A DNA stretch of 64,000 nucleotides from Lytechinus pictus. Taxonomy: Eukaryota. A model generated the notes under the pieces. That model ran no database searches. It worked only from the letters and a program-made list of their open reading frames with translations, and was not told where the DNA came from. Position numbers and translations under genes: made by a program. Of the stretch, positions 62,769 through 64,000 are shown piece by piece. The stretch covers positions 21,578,001-21,642,000 of the forward strand of contig NC_087250.1 in assembly GCF_037042905.1 (NCBI RefSeq). Reading direction: 5' to 3'. The first letter of the stretch is position 1, and the number at the start of each line of letters is the position of its first letter.

Positions 62769-64000
62769 TTTTTTTTCAAAACCGACCGCTCGCTCGCTAC
62801 GCTTTCTGGCAGAAAGGTAAAGCCTAAATCAAAATATCTGTCTTATCAATTAGAAATCACTTTAAAAAGGCTTTCATTTTGACTTATAAATGTATTTTTA
62901 GGCTTTGACACCCCCCCCCAAAAAAAAAAAACCATTCTGCCTCCTCTGTCCCAAGGAGTGGAGAAAAACATACGTTGATAATGGGCATGCCAGGATCAGA
63001 TGACCCTGGTAATGATAATTATTGCAATGTAAATCGCCAAAAAAATAATGTATTAAATGTACAAAGGTAACTACATTATTATTTTAATCATGTCTAACTT
63101 TATCATGAAATTATTTTTGTTTTACATGTACAAGGGTCAAAATTTTCGCTCGCTCACACCTTTAATACATTTTGCCCTGTGTGTCATGTCCGCCGCCTAA
63201 GCATTGTTGTCTCATTGTTCTATATACATGTATTGAAAGTTTGAAATGCCTTGGCCTTGGCCTTGAGGTTTTCAGGCCTTGGCCTTGGCCTTGGGTTTGC
63301 ATGCCTTGGCCTCGGCCTTGGGTATTGAAGCCTTGGCCTTGGCCTTGGAGGATTGAGCCTTGACTACAACACTGGTATATTCTCATACTCCGAAAGGTGT
63401 CGACAGAATAAAGTTTCAGTTTCACATTTTTGTCATTATCGTTCCCTTATATGGATGGTCTCAGTTTACCATCGTTTCGGACTTATTTTAAATCGTTGAA
63501 ATTCATAGGAGTGAAAAACTGGCCAGACTTGGCGTATGAAGGAGCCTTTATAAACAGCTCGCAGCTTGGGAGCAAAATATTTTCACTTCAAAAAATACAA
63601 ATAAAAAATACAAAGATGTTATTTTTATATAGGTTTTAAAATACTGATATAATACTCAAATATAATTTAGAATTTCCCGGCGAATTCGCTCAATTTTCAT
63701 TTTAATATTGTTGGCATTTAAATTAGCGTAGATCGGTTTTAACGTGCGAATTGTCATTAAATGTTTTCATTTTTGCATACGATTCAGGATGTTTGTCAAA
63801 GGTTTGTGGGTTATTTTCATTTAAATAAGAAACGAACCAGTTAACATTAAAAATAGTAATTATCGAAGCGTCATTTCTAGCTTCAGCTTTAAAGTTAGCG
63901 ATTGGAATTCTTGTTTTTAAGAGATCAAGTTAAGAATGCAGGGAAATGTTTACAAATCTAAGAATGTGCCGAAAGTGCCTGTTTGACGTTGTGATCTACT
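62769..64000 (+). repeat. Recent segmental or tandem duplication, copy 2 (runs off the window)
   Basis: Near-identical to 55895-57139, offset 6874-6861 bp. Confidence 0.97.

Overview
AT-rich, repeat-saturated eukaryotic DNA from an animal. The SINE, MITE and LINE families suggest a marine invertebrate, probably a sea urchin, but that is inference. I can support no intact host protein-coding gene. The long ORFs are decayed non-LTR retrotransposons: two Tx1/L1-like copies, an RNase H-bearing I/Nimb-like LINE, and a CR1/L2-like LINE with ORF1 plus endonuclease. There are many non-autonomous DNA transposons whose TIRs and TSDs can be read directly (hAT, P-like, Tc1/mariner, Kolobok-like, Mutator/foldback, Harbinger-like, Academ-like, Helentron/HINE), and several tRNA-derived SINEs. 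An 11.5-kb nest of insertions at least five levels deep lies at 12.4-23.9 kb. An old tandem duplication (9.6-32.6 kb) carries what look like decayed exons, and a very recent duplication is offset by about 6.87 kb (55.9 kb and 62.8 kb). The most unusual item is at 30.07-31.06 kb: a ~407-bp unit, present as one inverted plus two tandem copies inside a (TA)n tract. Each copy carries a short-variable-arm tRNA cloverleaf with a UCA (opal/UGA-reading) anticodon followed by a Pol III T-run terminator.
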